Part shown: positions 37,403 through 51,627 of the stretch, one piece after another
Layout of the letters: each line of letters begins with the position of its first letter
Position numbering within the stretch: the stretch's first letter is position 1
Origin: Oculina patagonica
Lineage: Eukaryota
Assembly (NCBI RefSeq): GCF_052425735.1
Contig: NC_135763.1
Coordinates: 7,688,001-7,752,000 of the forward strand
Direction of reading: 5' to 3'
Length of the DNA: 64,000 nt
Notes under the pieces: model-generated
Database searches by the model: none
What the model was told of the DNA's origin: nothing
The model's input: only the letters and a program-made list of their open reading frames with translations
Program-made: the position numbers and the translations under genes

Positions 37403-40400
37403 GCTAGTAGGTGACGTGTTACTGGCGACTGGGTTCTTGTCTTATTCTGGTCCGTTTAACCAGGCGTTCAGAACTCTGTTGCTTGACAACTGGAAGAAAG
37501 AAATGAGAAAAATGAAGATTCCTTTCTCAGAGGTAATGCTTTAGGAAAACGAAAACAGAACAAGAGTTAACGGGTATCCACAACTTATCTAGTTAATATT
37601 TTTCTGCAATCTAACAATAGTCGAGTGCCTTGATTAGTAATGCTCCATCGCAAGATTATTTCCAACGAAAAACGCCCAAACTCAAAACAAGAACTTTAAT
37701 GATTTTTCACGACTATAATCGACGTTATTGTTCTTGTTGCGTAGTTGCATTTCTTTATTTGCCTTTGATTCGTATAATTGTCGGTTTAGAATACAGTAAA
37801 CACCCGCATATAAGAACCTATGATTTTGGATTCAGGCTGATCAAGTTCTTATTTACCGGGTGCTTAGTAAAAAATCGGCCTGAAAATGTTCTTAAAGTGT
37901 TCTTAAAATTCGTTTCAGAAATACTACACATTATACATTACAAGAGATTAAAATAAGATACAATGTTTTATTACTTACTCTTAAAAATTAGTTTCAAAGA
38001 AATGAATACTATTACTAATATAAGTATGCACACCATAGTACTTTAATTTGAGTTACTTTCTTATTCTGGCATCCTGCTTCTTTTATATAAGAACATATAT
38101 ATATATATATTTTTTTATCAGGCTGTATTGATTCTTATAATTATATATATTGTGCTCTATTGGCTAACTTTCAGCCTGATGTTCTTAATCCGCTTGTTCT
38201 TATATGTGGGTGTTAACTGTATCTGCATAAGTAATGATAGACCTAAACTAGTGTTACAATATTCTTTGTGTCTTTGCAGGATTTGAATCTAGTGAACATG
38301 CTTACAGATGCTGCTACGATTGGCGAGTGGGCCCTTCAGGGATTACCTAGCGATGAGCTGTCAGTTCAGAATGGTATAATCGTCACCAAGGCTGCACGGT
38401 ATCCTCTTCTTATTGACCCTCAGGTGAGATATTGTCTACCAGTTCTTAAGGTGAACTGCAACATCTGAAATAAAGGGAATGCGTCACGGGTTTTAGCCAA
38501 ATTTAGGCATGGTAAAGGACCATAAAATTCGGTGAAATTTAAAAATAACCTCTTAAAACAGTGAAGGAACATTCCAATAACACGGTAAATACAAAAGAAG
38601 GTACGAATGGCCAAAAGTGACGAAGACTGAAACGGATTGCGATTTGGGTTTTTGAAATATTGTTGGGCTGAACTGTTTTCAAAGTTTATCTCGTTTGCCT
38701 GTAATTTTTTATAACGCCTAGGAGAAAAATTTGGTTGCAATGAAGCTATGGTTTTGTCATTTAGATCCATAGAAGTAATTTCTTTGCAAACGTTTAGTTT
38801 CATAGTGAGTATTTGTAAAAACCTGATAACTCCAAATTAGGTTCGCCACAGAAATTCGGTTCAGTCTTGTTATGTTCATTTCCACTTTTCATTCGTTGTT
38901 TATGATAATGCTCTACAAAATTTGTTCTGTTTGAGCTTTAGTGTTGTTTGCTATAGAAAGAAACAAATCGTTTATTGTTGAAAGTGCTTAGCTTTTCCGC
39001 CAGAATTGACTTGATCTTTAAGGTAATGGCTTTACTCTTGTCGCGCCGTGCTACAGTTGCGTTTTCAAAAGCAAAATTTCAATTTAAAATGGCGTTATTT
39101 ACTCAATTGCTTAATATTACTCAGGGCCAAGGAAAAGCGTGGATTAGAAAGAAAGAAGGACCGAACGAACTGCAGGTGGGTTTCACAAATTATTTATGTT
39201 TTGAAATATTAATTGCCGTTACGGATTGCTGCACATTTACTGCTAAATCTTGACTTCTTGACATTTTGAAGCATGTTTCGTTTGCAGGACACTTGACTCC
39301 ACAACTTGACGTGATTGCAAAAGTACACATTTGCATTTCGCATCGGATGGGGCAACTTTTTTACGCCCACTTAAGACACTTTTTGTTTTAATTTTATCAA
39401 AGTGGGAAAAGGATAATGTTAAATTTAAAGTGCGCCGTGGTGATTTCGTAAATTTAACTAGATAACGTGTTACTCTTAACGAAGTGCATAACCGAAGGAA
39501 ATAGTAGAGGGTCTCAATGGGATTAACCGTTAGCCGTAAAACGGCCAAAAAATTAGCCGTTAGGCGTAAAAAATGGAAAATTTTAACCGTTAGCCGTAAA
39601 ATGTGTTAACCGTAAAAATCAGTCAGTGATTATCAATAACCCAAACTAGTTCACTTCATCGTCCCAAAAATGGTCCAAAGACCTAAAATACGTTTTTCAA
39701 TAATGGAAATTGATTTTTTACTATTAAAAACAATGATAAATAACTTTTAACTTCTGTTAACCGTAATGGAAATAAATTAACCGTTAACCGTAAAAGCCCC
39801 CACCCCATTGAGACCCTCATAGTAGGCTAACCGGTTACTGCTGACGGCCATCTTGAAGTGGGCGTAATAAAATTGCCCGGATCGGTGTGAAATGTGGCAG
39901 GTACCATCCCTTTTAAAACAGAGAATTTGGCAATTTAGTGAGATGTTTTGTGAATTTTTAATTCCAGGTCACAGCTCTCAACCACAAGTACTTCCGAACC
40001 CATTTAGAAGATTCGCTCTCGTTAGGAAGACCGCTGATCATTGAAGATGTTGGTGAAGAGCTTGATCCTGCGCTTGACAATGTACTGGAGAAAAACTTCA
40101 TCAAATCTGGAAAGACGTTTAAGGTGAGCATGCGCGTTTCATGATACTAATGTTGATTAACATAACGTTCGTAATTTGGCATAGTCCTTTAGTTTTCGTT
40201 TTTATAACTTATTTTAAGCTCTTTCTTTTAAAATGTGGCAAGAATTACAAAAATAGCCTCTTAGCCCATTGTGATCTTCTGCTTGGGTGCACCAAACTAT
40301 AGAAGGCCTTATTATAATACCTTATTACATGACACACTGTGTCGCCAAAATTTAACGATTTTGAAAAATCTGTATTAAGCGGCCCTTTGATTTAGCGAGT

Positions 40401-43400
40401 TTTCATAAACTTTGGAACATAAGTCGCTTAATTTTTAGCGATTTTTTGAAAAATCGCTAAATTAGCTAAATTAAAGTGTCGCCAACGATTTTTGTAGGTC
40501 AGTTTTTTTTCTTGTCGTTATTTAATAGTGTCTTATTTCTCATCTTATATTGACGCCACAAAAAGCCTCACAATTCGATTACCTACAATAATGACTGCAC
40601 TTTTTCTTTTGTCGTCAGGTCAAAGTAGGCGACAAGGAAGTTGACGTCATGGACGGTTTCCGTCTGTACGTCACCACCAAGCTTGGTAACCCGTCGTACA
40701 CTCCTGAAGTTAGTGCCAAGACCGCCATTATCGACTTCACGGTCACCATGAGTGGCCTGGAAGATCAGCTGCTTGGAAGAGTAATCTTAACTGAGAAACA
40801 GGTAAATGAAACGTTCAGAACTGTAACATTGGTTTCGATAGCTGATCTTTGTATAAATTTTTTCGATATTGTAGTTAGTGTAGACTGGGAGCTAACTGTT
40901 TCCTTTGTCGTTGTTTTTGGATTTATAAAGGGTTAACCGCTATCGGATAGAAATATAAATAGCGCTCAATAAATAGAGTATTATTATGGTTGTATTAATA
41001 TTATTTTATTTCTCCGAGTACTCCTTACCTTCGAGCGTCGAGACCCTGCTGGATGCTCCTAAATCTTATTATTATTAAGTTTCGATCGAGAATATTTATT
41101 TCGGTAGATACATTTGAAGACACATTTGTTGCTGTGGTTTTTGGTGTTGTTGTGGTTGTTGTTGCTGAACATTGTTGTTGTTAAGCTCCAAAAAGATAGT
41201 TCACTTACCGTCGTATTTTCAACTCTCTTCTCGGTGTTTAGAAATGTAATGAAACATTGTCTTTTCCAACACGAGAAAGAGTTTTTCATCACATTTTCAA
41301 ACACTCAGAAGAGAGTTGGAAAATCGACGCGCAGCGAAGTATTTTTTTGACGAACTTCGAGGTGTTTGGAAACTGATGAAACACTCTCTCGAGTGTTAAA
41401 TATTTCTTCTGTATTGAGACTAAAACTACGGAGAAATAAATTCGTAAAAATCTGTGTTAATAAAGATCACATATCCAAAGCACCGTCATGGTTTTGATTT
41501 TCTTTGTTTTAACTTGGTTGTTCGTTTAGGAACTAGAGGCCGAGCGCACGAAACTGATGGAAGAAGTGACCGCGAACAAACGCAAAATGCAGGACCTGGA
41601 AGACAATCTGCTGTATCGACTGACTAGTACCCAGGGCTCTCTCGTGGAAGATGAGTCGCTTATTCAGGTTCTTAGTACAACTAAATCTACTTCAGAGGAA
41701 GTCAGTGAAAAACTGTTGGTTGCCGCAGAGACTGAATTGAAGATCAACACCGCTCGGGAAGAGTACAGACCAGGTCAGTGGTTAGCTAAGAGTTCATTCT
41801 TTCGTTTGTTACACTACTTCTGTAGCCATAGTTGCCCCTCTTCGCCCAGGAGTATAAATAGACCATTTCCGAGTTACCCTTTGTCTCTGTTTCAAAATGA
41901 GTCTACGTGCGAAACCATTCAAATGAAAATGAGTTTGATTTGCATGAAAAAGGAGCTGTATGTGAAACTCATTTTCATATGAATGGTTTCGCACGTAGAC
42001 TCGTTTTGAAACAGAGGTAAAGGGTAACTCGAAAATGGCCTATTGTTATCCGTGGGGGAAACATGACAAAAGACTGGGGGAATAAGGTGCAATGGGCTAC
42101 CTACATCTAAGACGGAAATTGTAGAAGTGCTTCTGGTCGCTTTTTGCTACAACTGTTGAAGTTTAGCGCCGGCACAATCTCATACCCAGAGTCTTCGTTC
42201 CCCTTGACCAGCGATCGGGAAGCGAGCGACTCTGGAAAGATCTCGTGAACTTCCGGTTGAATTACACATGCATGGCTCAGTCGAACTCTTTGGTGTTAAA
42301 CTTCTGGTCATATTTTTAACCAATAAAAATCAGTCTTGCAACGGAACTTTCGGACGTCGCTCGTTGCGTTAAGCTTGCGCAGTAAGGAGCGAGGTACAAG
42401 ATTGGCACTGGTATTGATAAACTGTCGTCTTTGATACACAGAACTTAAACAAGCTTTTTTACCTTACTGTAGTGCTGTAACATGATCACTGACAAATTTC
42501 TTCTCTCCCTCTCCTCCCAGTGGCCACACGAGGCAGTATCCTGTATTTCCTGATTGTCGAGATGTCATACGTGAACGTTATGTACCAGACCTCTCTCAGG
42601 CAGTTCCTGGGTTTGTTTGACATCTCAATGGCACGTTCCCAGAAGTCTCCGATTCCCGCCAAACGAATCCAGAACATCATCGATTACTTGACGTTTGAAG
42701 TGTTTAGGTACACGACGCGTGGTTTGTACGAAGAACACAAGTTTCTCTTCACTTTGTTGCTGACTTTGAAGATTGATTTGCAAGAGAAAAAGATTCGCCA
42801 TGACGAATTTAAAGTTCTTATCAAAGGTATGGAAAAAATGTGATGTACTTTGTTCGTTCGTTGGTGCGTTCCTGCGGATTTCGGAAGGGATACGTAACCT
42901 CCGCTCTGAATATTGTCCCTGTATGTTTAATTATGATAATATATCATGATTGTGATAATAAACTTAGCTTTAAGGCACTTAACCATTAACGGATCGTTGA
43001 CTTCACCGAGTCAACGATTACCAAAGCGACTCTTTCCAGACACCAAATTAATTATGATAGCAAATTATGATTATGATAACAAATCTACACCTTTGAGGCT
43101 CTGTACCATTAACGGATTGTTGACTTCACCAAGTAAAACGATTACCAAACCCACTTTTCCCAGATCCCAAACCCATTTTTTTTTTGCTCAGTCAATGTTC
43201 GAAGTCTCGAAAAGTAAACTTTCGAAATTTGCTAAGGTGGTTAATTATCCTTTTTTAAGATTTTATTTTTACTTTATTTTTTTTTTACACGCCGACGCAG
43301 CGAAACAGTGTGTTTAAAACTGATATACTTTTGGTTTGTCTTGTTTTCTTTTTGTTTTTTCTTTTACTCTAAACAACAGCGACAGCTATACGTGCGTTGC

Positions 43401-46400
43401 AAGTTTCCATTCAGTCAAACGTCCCTCGGTATAAGCCATGCAACAAACTCATCCCCGTGTCCTGTTTAACGGGTTACTGACTGAATACTTGTTTATCCCG
43501 TATGACAGGTGGTGCCGCGCTTGATCTCAATGCCGTGGAACCCAAACCAAAGAAGTGGATCTTAGACATGACTTGGTTGAATCTTGTTGAGCTCAGCAAA
43601 CTGCCTCAATTCACTCAGCTTCTGGGACAGGTGATGTTGAGTTTGTTGTTGTTTGTGATACCTTATTATAGGAAATTAACGATACATATTATTAACGCGA
43701 ATTTCAAAAATTCGCGTTAATTTTATTGATGTTAACTTTTTTACTATAAGGATTTAACCAGAACTTTTCTTAAATTCGCGTTAATTTTATAACGCGTAAA
43801 TTTTGTTCGCGTTGCTAAAATGCTTCGTTATATTCCTATAATAAGGTAATGCTAATGATGGCGATGATGAAGTTGTTGTTGTCTGCGTTTGGTCTCACGA
43901 GAAAATCTTTGATATGTTAAAAAAAGCGGATCTGAGAAAGACGCCCAGCCTCTACTCTCTTTTCCTTGAGTAGACAAGGAAAGGTCCATTTTCGTCCCCC
44001 GCCCATATTCTAGCCAAGAAAAGGCCCTCATCTTCGCTTGCCCGCCCGCCCCTCCCACCCCACCCTGAGCTCCCTTTCTAGTGCCTCTAGATCTGCCACT
44101 GTAAAGGGCCATAGTCAATGTGTGTAGTTACGAATTGTTGTTCTTGTTGTTGATCTCAAACATCGATAACTTTGTTAACTGCTATTGAAGAGGGAGAAGT
44201 ATTCAGGCGGTTGACTGGTTTCCGGGTTTCTCATCCTCTTACAAGTTGTTCTTGGTAGTCCTAAGTTCATTTCCTCGGCCGCATTTTGAAAGTAGCCCAC
44301 CGTTTAGCCTTCTTTCATTTGGGATTTTTAACGATTTTTCGATATTTTGAAATAGTATTGGACAATGACCTAAAATTAAAAATGTTGACAGTTTTTATTT
44401 TGTCTTTGTATTGCTTATCGCAAGAAGTAAACTGTGTAACAATTTACGCGTTTTCCACAGGTTGCAAATATGGAATCTGGTAAAGCTTGGAAGACATGGT
44501 TTGACTCTGAAGCGCCAGAGGATACTCCAATACCAGATGGCTACCAGGGCTCTCTCGACACCTTCAGGAAGCTGCTGCTTATCAGGGCCTGGTGCCCAGA
44601 TCGTACTATCAACCAGGCTCGGCGTTACATCAGTGATTCTATCGGGAAAGAGGTAATGTAGTGATGTAGTACAATTTAGTGCTTTCCTATAAATACTCAA
44701 TACAAGCAAAACCATACCATACCATACCATACCAAAACCATGCCCAATAGATTTCATTTAAACGATAACTGAATTCATCCACAGTCATGCTAAAAGGTAG
44801 GGACTACGTTATACAGCATTATTAACAGAACCACATGGAATTTGCTACTCAATAACTTTCATTTGAATGGCCACACACTAGGGGCAGGGTTCACCCGCAG
44901 ATTTTAAACTTAGAGTACACTGTAATGAAACGTATGGCACTCGAAAGTTTTGTTGAATGGTTTTCATTTGAAGGATAGCTGTACTGGGCGACCCAAGGTT
45001 TGATCCTGGCAGAATAGGGTTCACCTCAATGTAACATTTAGTACTTTTATTTTGACAGTACGCCGAAGGTGTGATTCTTAACTTGGAAAGCATGTGGGAG
45101 GAGAGTGACATCAGAACACCAATGATTTGTTTCTTATCAATGGGTTCAGATCCTACAGCTTCCATCGAGGCCTTGGCAAAGAAACAAAGATTAGGTAAAC
45201 GATCTTGTCCTCGTAAGGGATATTCTAGTGGTAGTCTAATTCCTTAAAACTTTAGTTAATGAAGGCAGCGTTCCCTAAATGACATCTGCTTGAGCTCTAA
45301 CTAAACTATAAAAAGCAATTTGCAAACTTTTCAACCAACTCAAACCAATCGTTAGCCAAGCTTTTGTTTAGACAAGTGGTTAAGCGACTTAGTTGTACAG
45401 GGGATGCTGTGTTTAAAGCACGTATCTTTTTGGAGCCATGTTTATGAAACAAAATGTTTCAACTAGAGCAAACACAGCATAGTTTAGAATCATTATAGGT
45501 AAAAGGTTAACAAGTTACCTTTTTACAGCTCGTGGCAGAGGAGTTGATCCCAGGAATATCAAGAATAACTCTAGCTAATGGCAGTGTCTAGGACATAAGC
45601 CCGATTGCATGAGACAGGCTTTCTGACCACTCGGGTCATGTTGCCTCCACGCAGACAAGAGCTCACTGTCTCCAAGATGAAGCAAAGTGACCCTAATACG
45701 GAAGGGTCTCACAGTCATTCGTGTATGCCGTGCGTATTGTTTTCAAATAAACAGCTTATGAACTCATTCTACCAAAAAAGTAACCTAAGGATGGAATATT
45801 CCAGCGCTTTTCCTCCTAGTCAGTTTGAGAAGCTTTATTGAACAATTATTTCACTAAAATGACGCATTATGTAGGGGAAAACTTTCTTTAATAATGGTGA
45901 TTGTTTCGTATCTCGCACAGACTGCCGGGCCATTTCCATGGGTCAAGGACAAGAGGTGCATGCTCGACGTTTATTGGCGCAGTTCATGAACGAGGGAGGC
46001 TGGGTACTTCTACAGAACTGTCACTTGGGACTTAACTTCATGGACGAGTTGTTAGAGACGGTATGACTAGAATTGTTTTGTCTTTTCAATCCTAAACTTG
46101 AAATACTAATTCTCCTTTCACATTTCTATACATTTCTTTCAATGTTCGTTCTCAGAATTTTATAGTGCATCAATGAAACGTCTAGTAGATAATGTGGTGT
46201 TTGTTGTGATGTTTCTCGTCACCTTTCTGTTTGACAATGCAGTGATATTGTGGAGAGAAATTAGGTGCAGATTACGCTTGCGAATTAAAACAGAAGACTT
46301 CGGTCGGGGCACTTTTACACGGTAGTCATTTTTTTTTAAGCATAAGCCGTCGTTGTATTTTTATATACGTTTTTTCTTTTCTTTACAAACGAAAGCGCAC

Positions 46401-49400
46401 TAGCGTGTGAAATAATTCTAACCTAAAACTTTAAACGTGTGGAATTTTGGTCGGTGTAACGTAGAGCACAAATAAGCATTGTACTAAAACCGAAAAAAGT
46501 GAAGTTTTTTAAAATCAAATTGGGAAACATAAGCAATTGTAGCAATTCCCGGTTTCAGACCGTTATTCAGATTAAATCATGCAAACACTCGTCAACACTC
46601 AATTTTTTTTTTCATGTTAATCCACATTATTCTAGATGCAATCAGTTCAAGAGTTTGGCTCTATATAAAGGCAATTTCTTCTTGTGATCACATCTTAATT
46701 CTCATGACCTTTAAGCTCGGCTTCCTGGTAATATTGTAGGGAGAAGTTTCAAGCTTATCACGTAGTTTATATTTTTTTTTATTTTTCAGATCACGACAAC
46801 TGAGAATGTCAACGAAAAGTTCCGTCTGTGGATAACAACTGAAGTTCATCCTAAATTCCCAATCACTCTTCTCCAGTCCTCCATCAAGTTTACTAACGAA
46901 CCCCCGCAGGGAATCAAGGCGGGCCTGAAGAGAACGTATGCTGGAATCACACAGGTTTGACAGAATGAATGTTTTCAGTTTCAGTTACCTGAAGGGAAGT
47001 TAAAATTACGTGAATTCAATTGTTATTCTTGATCAAATGTACAATTTTTACTGGGGATGAAAGAGGAAAATATGTCTCTTTTTTTCACCCTTCATGTTAA
47101 ACAACAACAAAAAATCCGATATTATTTTAAGTGCCACATCCTTGTAGGAGAACCAATAGCATTTAACACTGCGGGACAAAATGTAGTTTCCTCATGCAGG
47201 AAGCGTTTTCTTGTGCGGTCCCCTCGGCCAACAAAAATGTTAATATTGAGATCGTTATCGGCTTGAGGGAAATGGTCAGGGAAAGTTAAATTCTTGAAGG
47301 TGTAACACCGCTGATTTGATACAATTGATGGCTGGAAGAAACATTTCAGGTCAATGTGTTCTCAGCGATGTTTTTTTGGAAGTGGAGGCTAGAGGCCGCT
47401 ACTATATCTGACATTTTGTATATATTTGGTGAGGGAAATTTTATTTTTATCAAGGAAAAGTCAGGGAATTTTAAAAATTTGATGTCTGTGGCAGCCATAA
47501 ACAGAGTTTTAATTCATAGCAATGCATTTTTTCGTAGGATCAACTCGATGTGACTAACATGCCTCAGTGGAAACCAATGCTTTACGCGACAGCATTCCTG
47601 CACACAATTGTTCAGGAGCGACGTAAGTTTGGCCCGCTGGGATGGAATATCCCGTACGAATTCAACTCCGCTGATTTGACGGCTTCTGTGCAGTTTATTC
47701 AAAATCATCTTGACGACATCGATCCAAAGGCGGTGAGTTGTGTTCTGTACTTAGCTAATTGATTTTATTATTCATTCAAAATACTTCTCCGTTTCTGATT
47801 GGCTTTCAATCCCCGGCTACTTCCACCTTACCGGCTACCGCCGACCAAATTTGGAAGAAGGTTCTATTATACGACGATTGACGTCCTACATCAAAAAATT
47901 AACCGATCGCAACCTCGTTCCCACGGCATTAATCATAAGTTTAAAAAAAAGAAAAAATAAGCAAGTCCCATAAATAGTTTACACAAGTGGACTAGTGCAG
48001 GGACTTTCCCTCGTGTGTTCCGAACTTTAAGAATGACACCTGACCTTTATATTGCTACAACACGGAGATTTCGCAGATTTTTGGTCTAAACTGTTCTGAA
48101 ATTGGTGGTGGGAAACTAAACCCGTGAAAAACATCGTTGAACATCTAAAAAAAGATATAACCTTAATTTGCGGATAGAAGTCAATCCACCGCTGTGAATA
48201 TCGATTTTTTGAAGACGCGCGGAAACAGTTTGAAAAATTAAGCCTTGATTTTAGAAGTTGCAGTCCATTTCCATCCGAGACAACCCGCAGCCAAAGACGC
48301 TCGTTAACAGTTTCAGTGCTCTAAAATAGCTTATTTGAATAAAAATGGGCCATTATTTTTAGGTTTCCTACGACACGAATATAAATTTTTATTTTGGTGA
48401 CAAAGCCTCTTTGATCTAACACATTTTTTCCTTTCCCCCTCCCTCTAGGGTGTGTCGTGGGTTACGGTACATTACATGCTTGGTGAGGTTCAGTACGGTG
48501 GCCGTGTTACAGACGACTTTGACAAACGCCTACTCAACACATTCGCCCGCGTGTGGTTTAGCCAGGAAATGTTTAAAGATACCTTTAAGTTCTATCAAGG
48601 TTATAATATTCCTCGCTGCGCGCAGATTGCAGACTTCAGAGCTCACATAGATGAGATGCCGTTGTCGGACTCTCCAGAGGTAAGTGGATATAGTCAGGAC
48701 AAAGCATACCATCTTTTGTTGGATCTTGACAAAGTGCGAGCCATTTTAACTAACAGTGCGGTTAGCCTTGATAGCACTTTGGTTAACCTTGATAGCACTC
48801 CATAAACTTAGCCTAAGTTAGCTAAGGTAGTGTTTGTTTATCCTGTTTAGTGGAGTTAGCGATTTCTAGGTTGCATGGCTCGTTTGATGACTTGCAAGGG
48901 AATAGCACTCGGTTAGCCAAAATGGCACTTCGGTTAGCTTAAGCTTAGCCTGAATTTCAGATCTCACCAGACCGCATTAGCGGTCGATTCTTTCAGAATC
49001 TCGGAAGCAGGCAACCAGAGAGGGAGGTCTGAAATTCAGGCTAGCTTGAGCTACAATTGTAGCTTAGAAAGCTTGCGGTTAGCCTTACTATGCGGATTAG
49101 GGATTCTCGCTCGCAGGGCTCACTGGCTAGCACTTTGTCCACACTCTGTTGTAAATGGCACAGGCCGCGCGACAAGTCCAGCATTTAATGCGTAAAATTT
49201 TGCGCCTTGAATTTTTGCAGCGATTTTTCTGCTATCGCGGTGCGTATGCACAGTTTGGGTGGATACAACCCGTACTAGTGTGACTGAATCACTTTACAGC
49301 TTAGTAAACAATTTGAATTACAGGGTTGACACAGGTCAAGAAATGGTCAGGGAAAAATAAAATTCTTCAAGGCCAGGGAAAAGTCAAGGAATGTTATTTT

Positions 49401-50953
49401 GAGTCAGGGAAAACTGACATATTACAGTAAAGAAAAGTCAGGAAAAATTGAAATTATATCACCACTAATGTAATGCTATTGAAGGCTGGAAGAAATATTT
49501 CAGGTCAATGGGATCTCAGCGATGTTTTTTTTTTCTTTTGGAAATGGAGGTTGGAGGCTACAACTATATCTGACATTTTACATTTTTTGGTCTGGGAAAT
49601 TTGTTTTTTATCAGGGACAAGTCATGGAATTTTAAAAACTGGTAGCTGTGGCAACCATGAATTTCTACATAATAATTTCTGCTGTCCTGGTTGTTTCTCT
49701 TAAGGTGTTTGGTCTACATTCGAACGCTGATATCACATATCAAACGAAAACCACTTCGGATGTGTTGGAGACCATTGTCAACATTCAGCCGAAGGACAGC
49801 TCCGGCGGATCAGGAGAAACCCGTGAATCGCTTGTGGCACGCCAAGCTACCGAGATGTTGGAAAAGTTACCCGCGGATTACGTTCCTTTCGAGGTTAGGA
49901 TACTGTTTTAGTTCATTAGCAAGTAGCAATACTCCTGGTCGCTTTACGATAAACGGCAAACATGAACCGTCTAGTGACTTAAATCAAAGAGAATTTAAAA
50001 TAAACATCTCAAAGCGATTATATCGTGAGACAAACGAATAAACGTTCAAAATAGTGTAATTGTAGTCAGGGGATGACATAGTTTGTTAAAGGTTTGTCGC
50101 TGACTGTGTTTTGATGTTATTTTTCAAGACGTTTCGGCTATCGCTTCATCAGGCCTTCATCAGTTAAAAAATCAAAGCTTTCACACTCGATTTAAAAAGG
50201 CAACACGTTAGCGCGCTTTAAAAATAACGTGTAAAAGTTTGAAAGTAAGGAACGTTTATTCCTATCTTACACCACGATGAACCAGGGCTCGAGACTAACT
50301 TTTTTGCTAACTAGCCAAGTGGCTAGTGTCACCTTTCATTCTACTAGCCAAAACTGATTTTCTACTAGCCAGAATTTTCAAGTAGAGTTTTTTTCTTTTA
50401 CCATGAGGTGGGAGGAAGGGAGGTGGGGGGAAGAAATATACTTTAACTTATAATATCTAGACATGCAGACACGACTTCATCAGGTATCCACCTTTATCCG
50501 GAGTATGTTTTTGTGTTTTTTTGTTTTTGTTTGCCTCGTTCTTTCGGCTTCCACCTGCACTAAATACCCACGGATGTCCATAACATGCGCGTCGTGTCCA
50601 ATTATACTACATTGTGTTGCTTCCAATCACATGTGCGTCACATACTGGAAGTCATCGAAAGAAATCCTTCTTAAAAATAGTCACCAAATGCAAATTTTTA
50701 GTCGCCAGATTGTAATATCAAATAGGGACTAGTTTAAAAGTGTTTAAAATCATTTGTAGGAATTTTATCCAAAAAAGGACTGAATACAAAGGACTGAAAA
50801 ACAAAATAGTCTTATCACAAGGTTTAAAACAAATACTAACTTTGTGGCAAACGTAAGGAACCGCGAGGAACGTCGAAGGATTTGTTTTATTTTACACAGG
50901 GCCCCCGTTGATACCAGTCCTGCGACTGAAGGGGTCACCCTGTTAAAATATCG

Positions 50954-50988
<35 letters not shown>

Positions 50989-51594
50989 ATCAACATGGCG
51001 GATAGCGATGTAAACATGAGACACAATCCATAGGCATACCTGACGTAGTCAATACTCAAGGGTTTGCAATGCATTTTAGGGCGATTTCTAACACGGCAAG
51101 TTTTCAGAAGTTTGAGAATCTAGTACGTCAAAGGAAAACGATGGATCGACTTCTATTCTCTATTTGAATGTTTTAGAAGCAAAGGTCAATACAGAGAGAT
51201 GTAATCGACATTCTGGCGACTAAACCCGAATTTTTAGTCGCCAAGGATGAAGTAGTCGCAATTTCAGGCCCTGCAGCCATCATCGCCGATCAACGTTACG
51301 GTGATTAAGTTATGCTTCAATGATTTTAGCAGAAACAATTTCCCGTTATTCGCCGCCTTCCTCATGAAAAAGGCTTCTGAAGATCTCTGAAAAAAGTTAC
51401 TCTAGCGGTTTGTTCGCTTTTCAATACCTTAGCATGTACACATTTTTTATTACGTCAGTAGTTTACTTCTTAGTTCTATTCTCTCAGAGACGACTTTGAT
51501 AAATGCAGTTTCTTTGCACTAATGCCTGAAATTTTCACTAGCCAAAATGGCTAGTGAAAAACCTACTAGCCAAAACTGCATTTTTACTTGCCTT

Positions 51595-51627
<33 letters not shown>

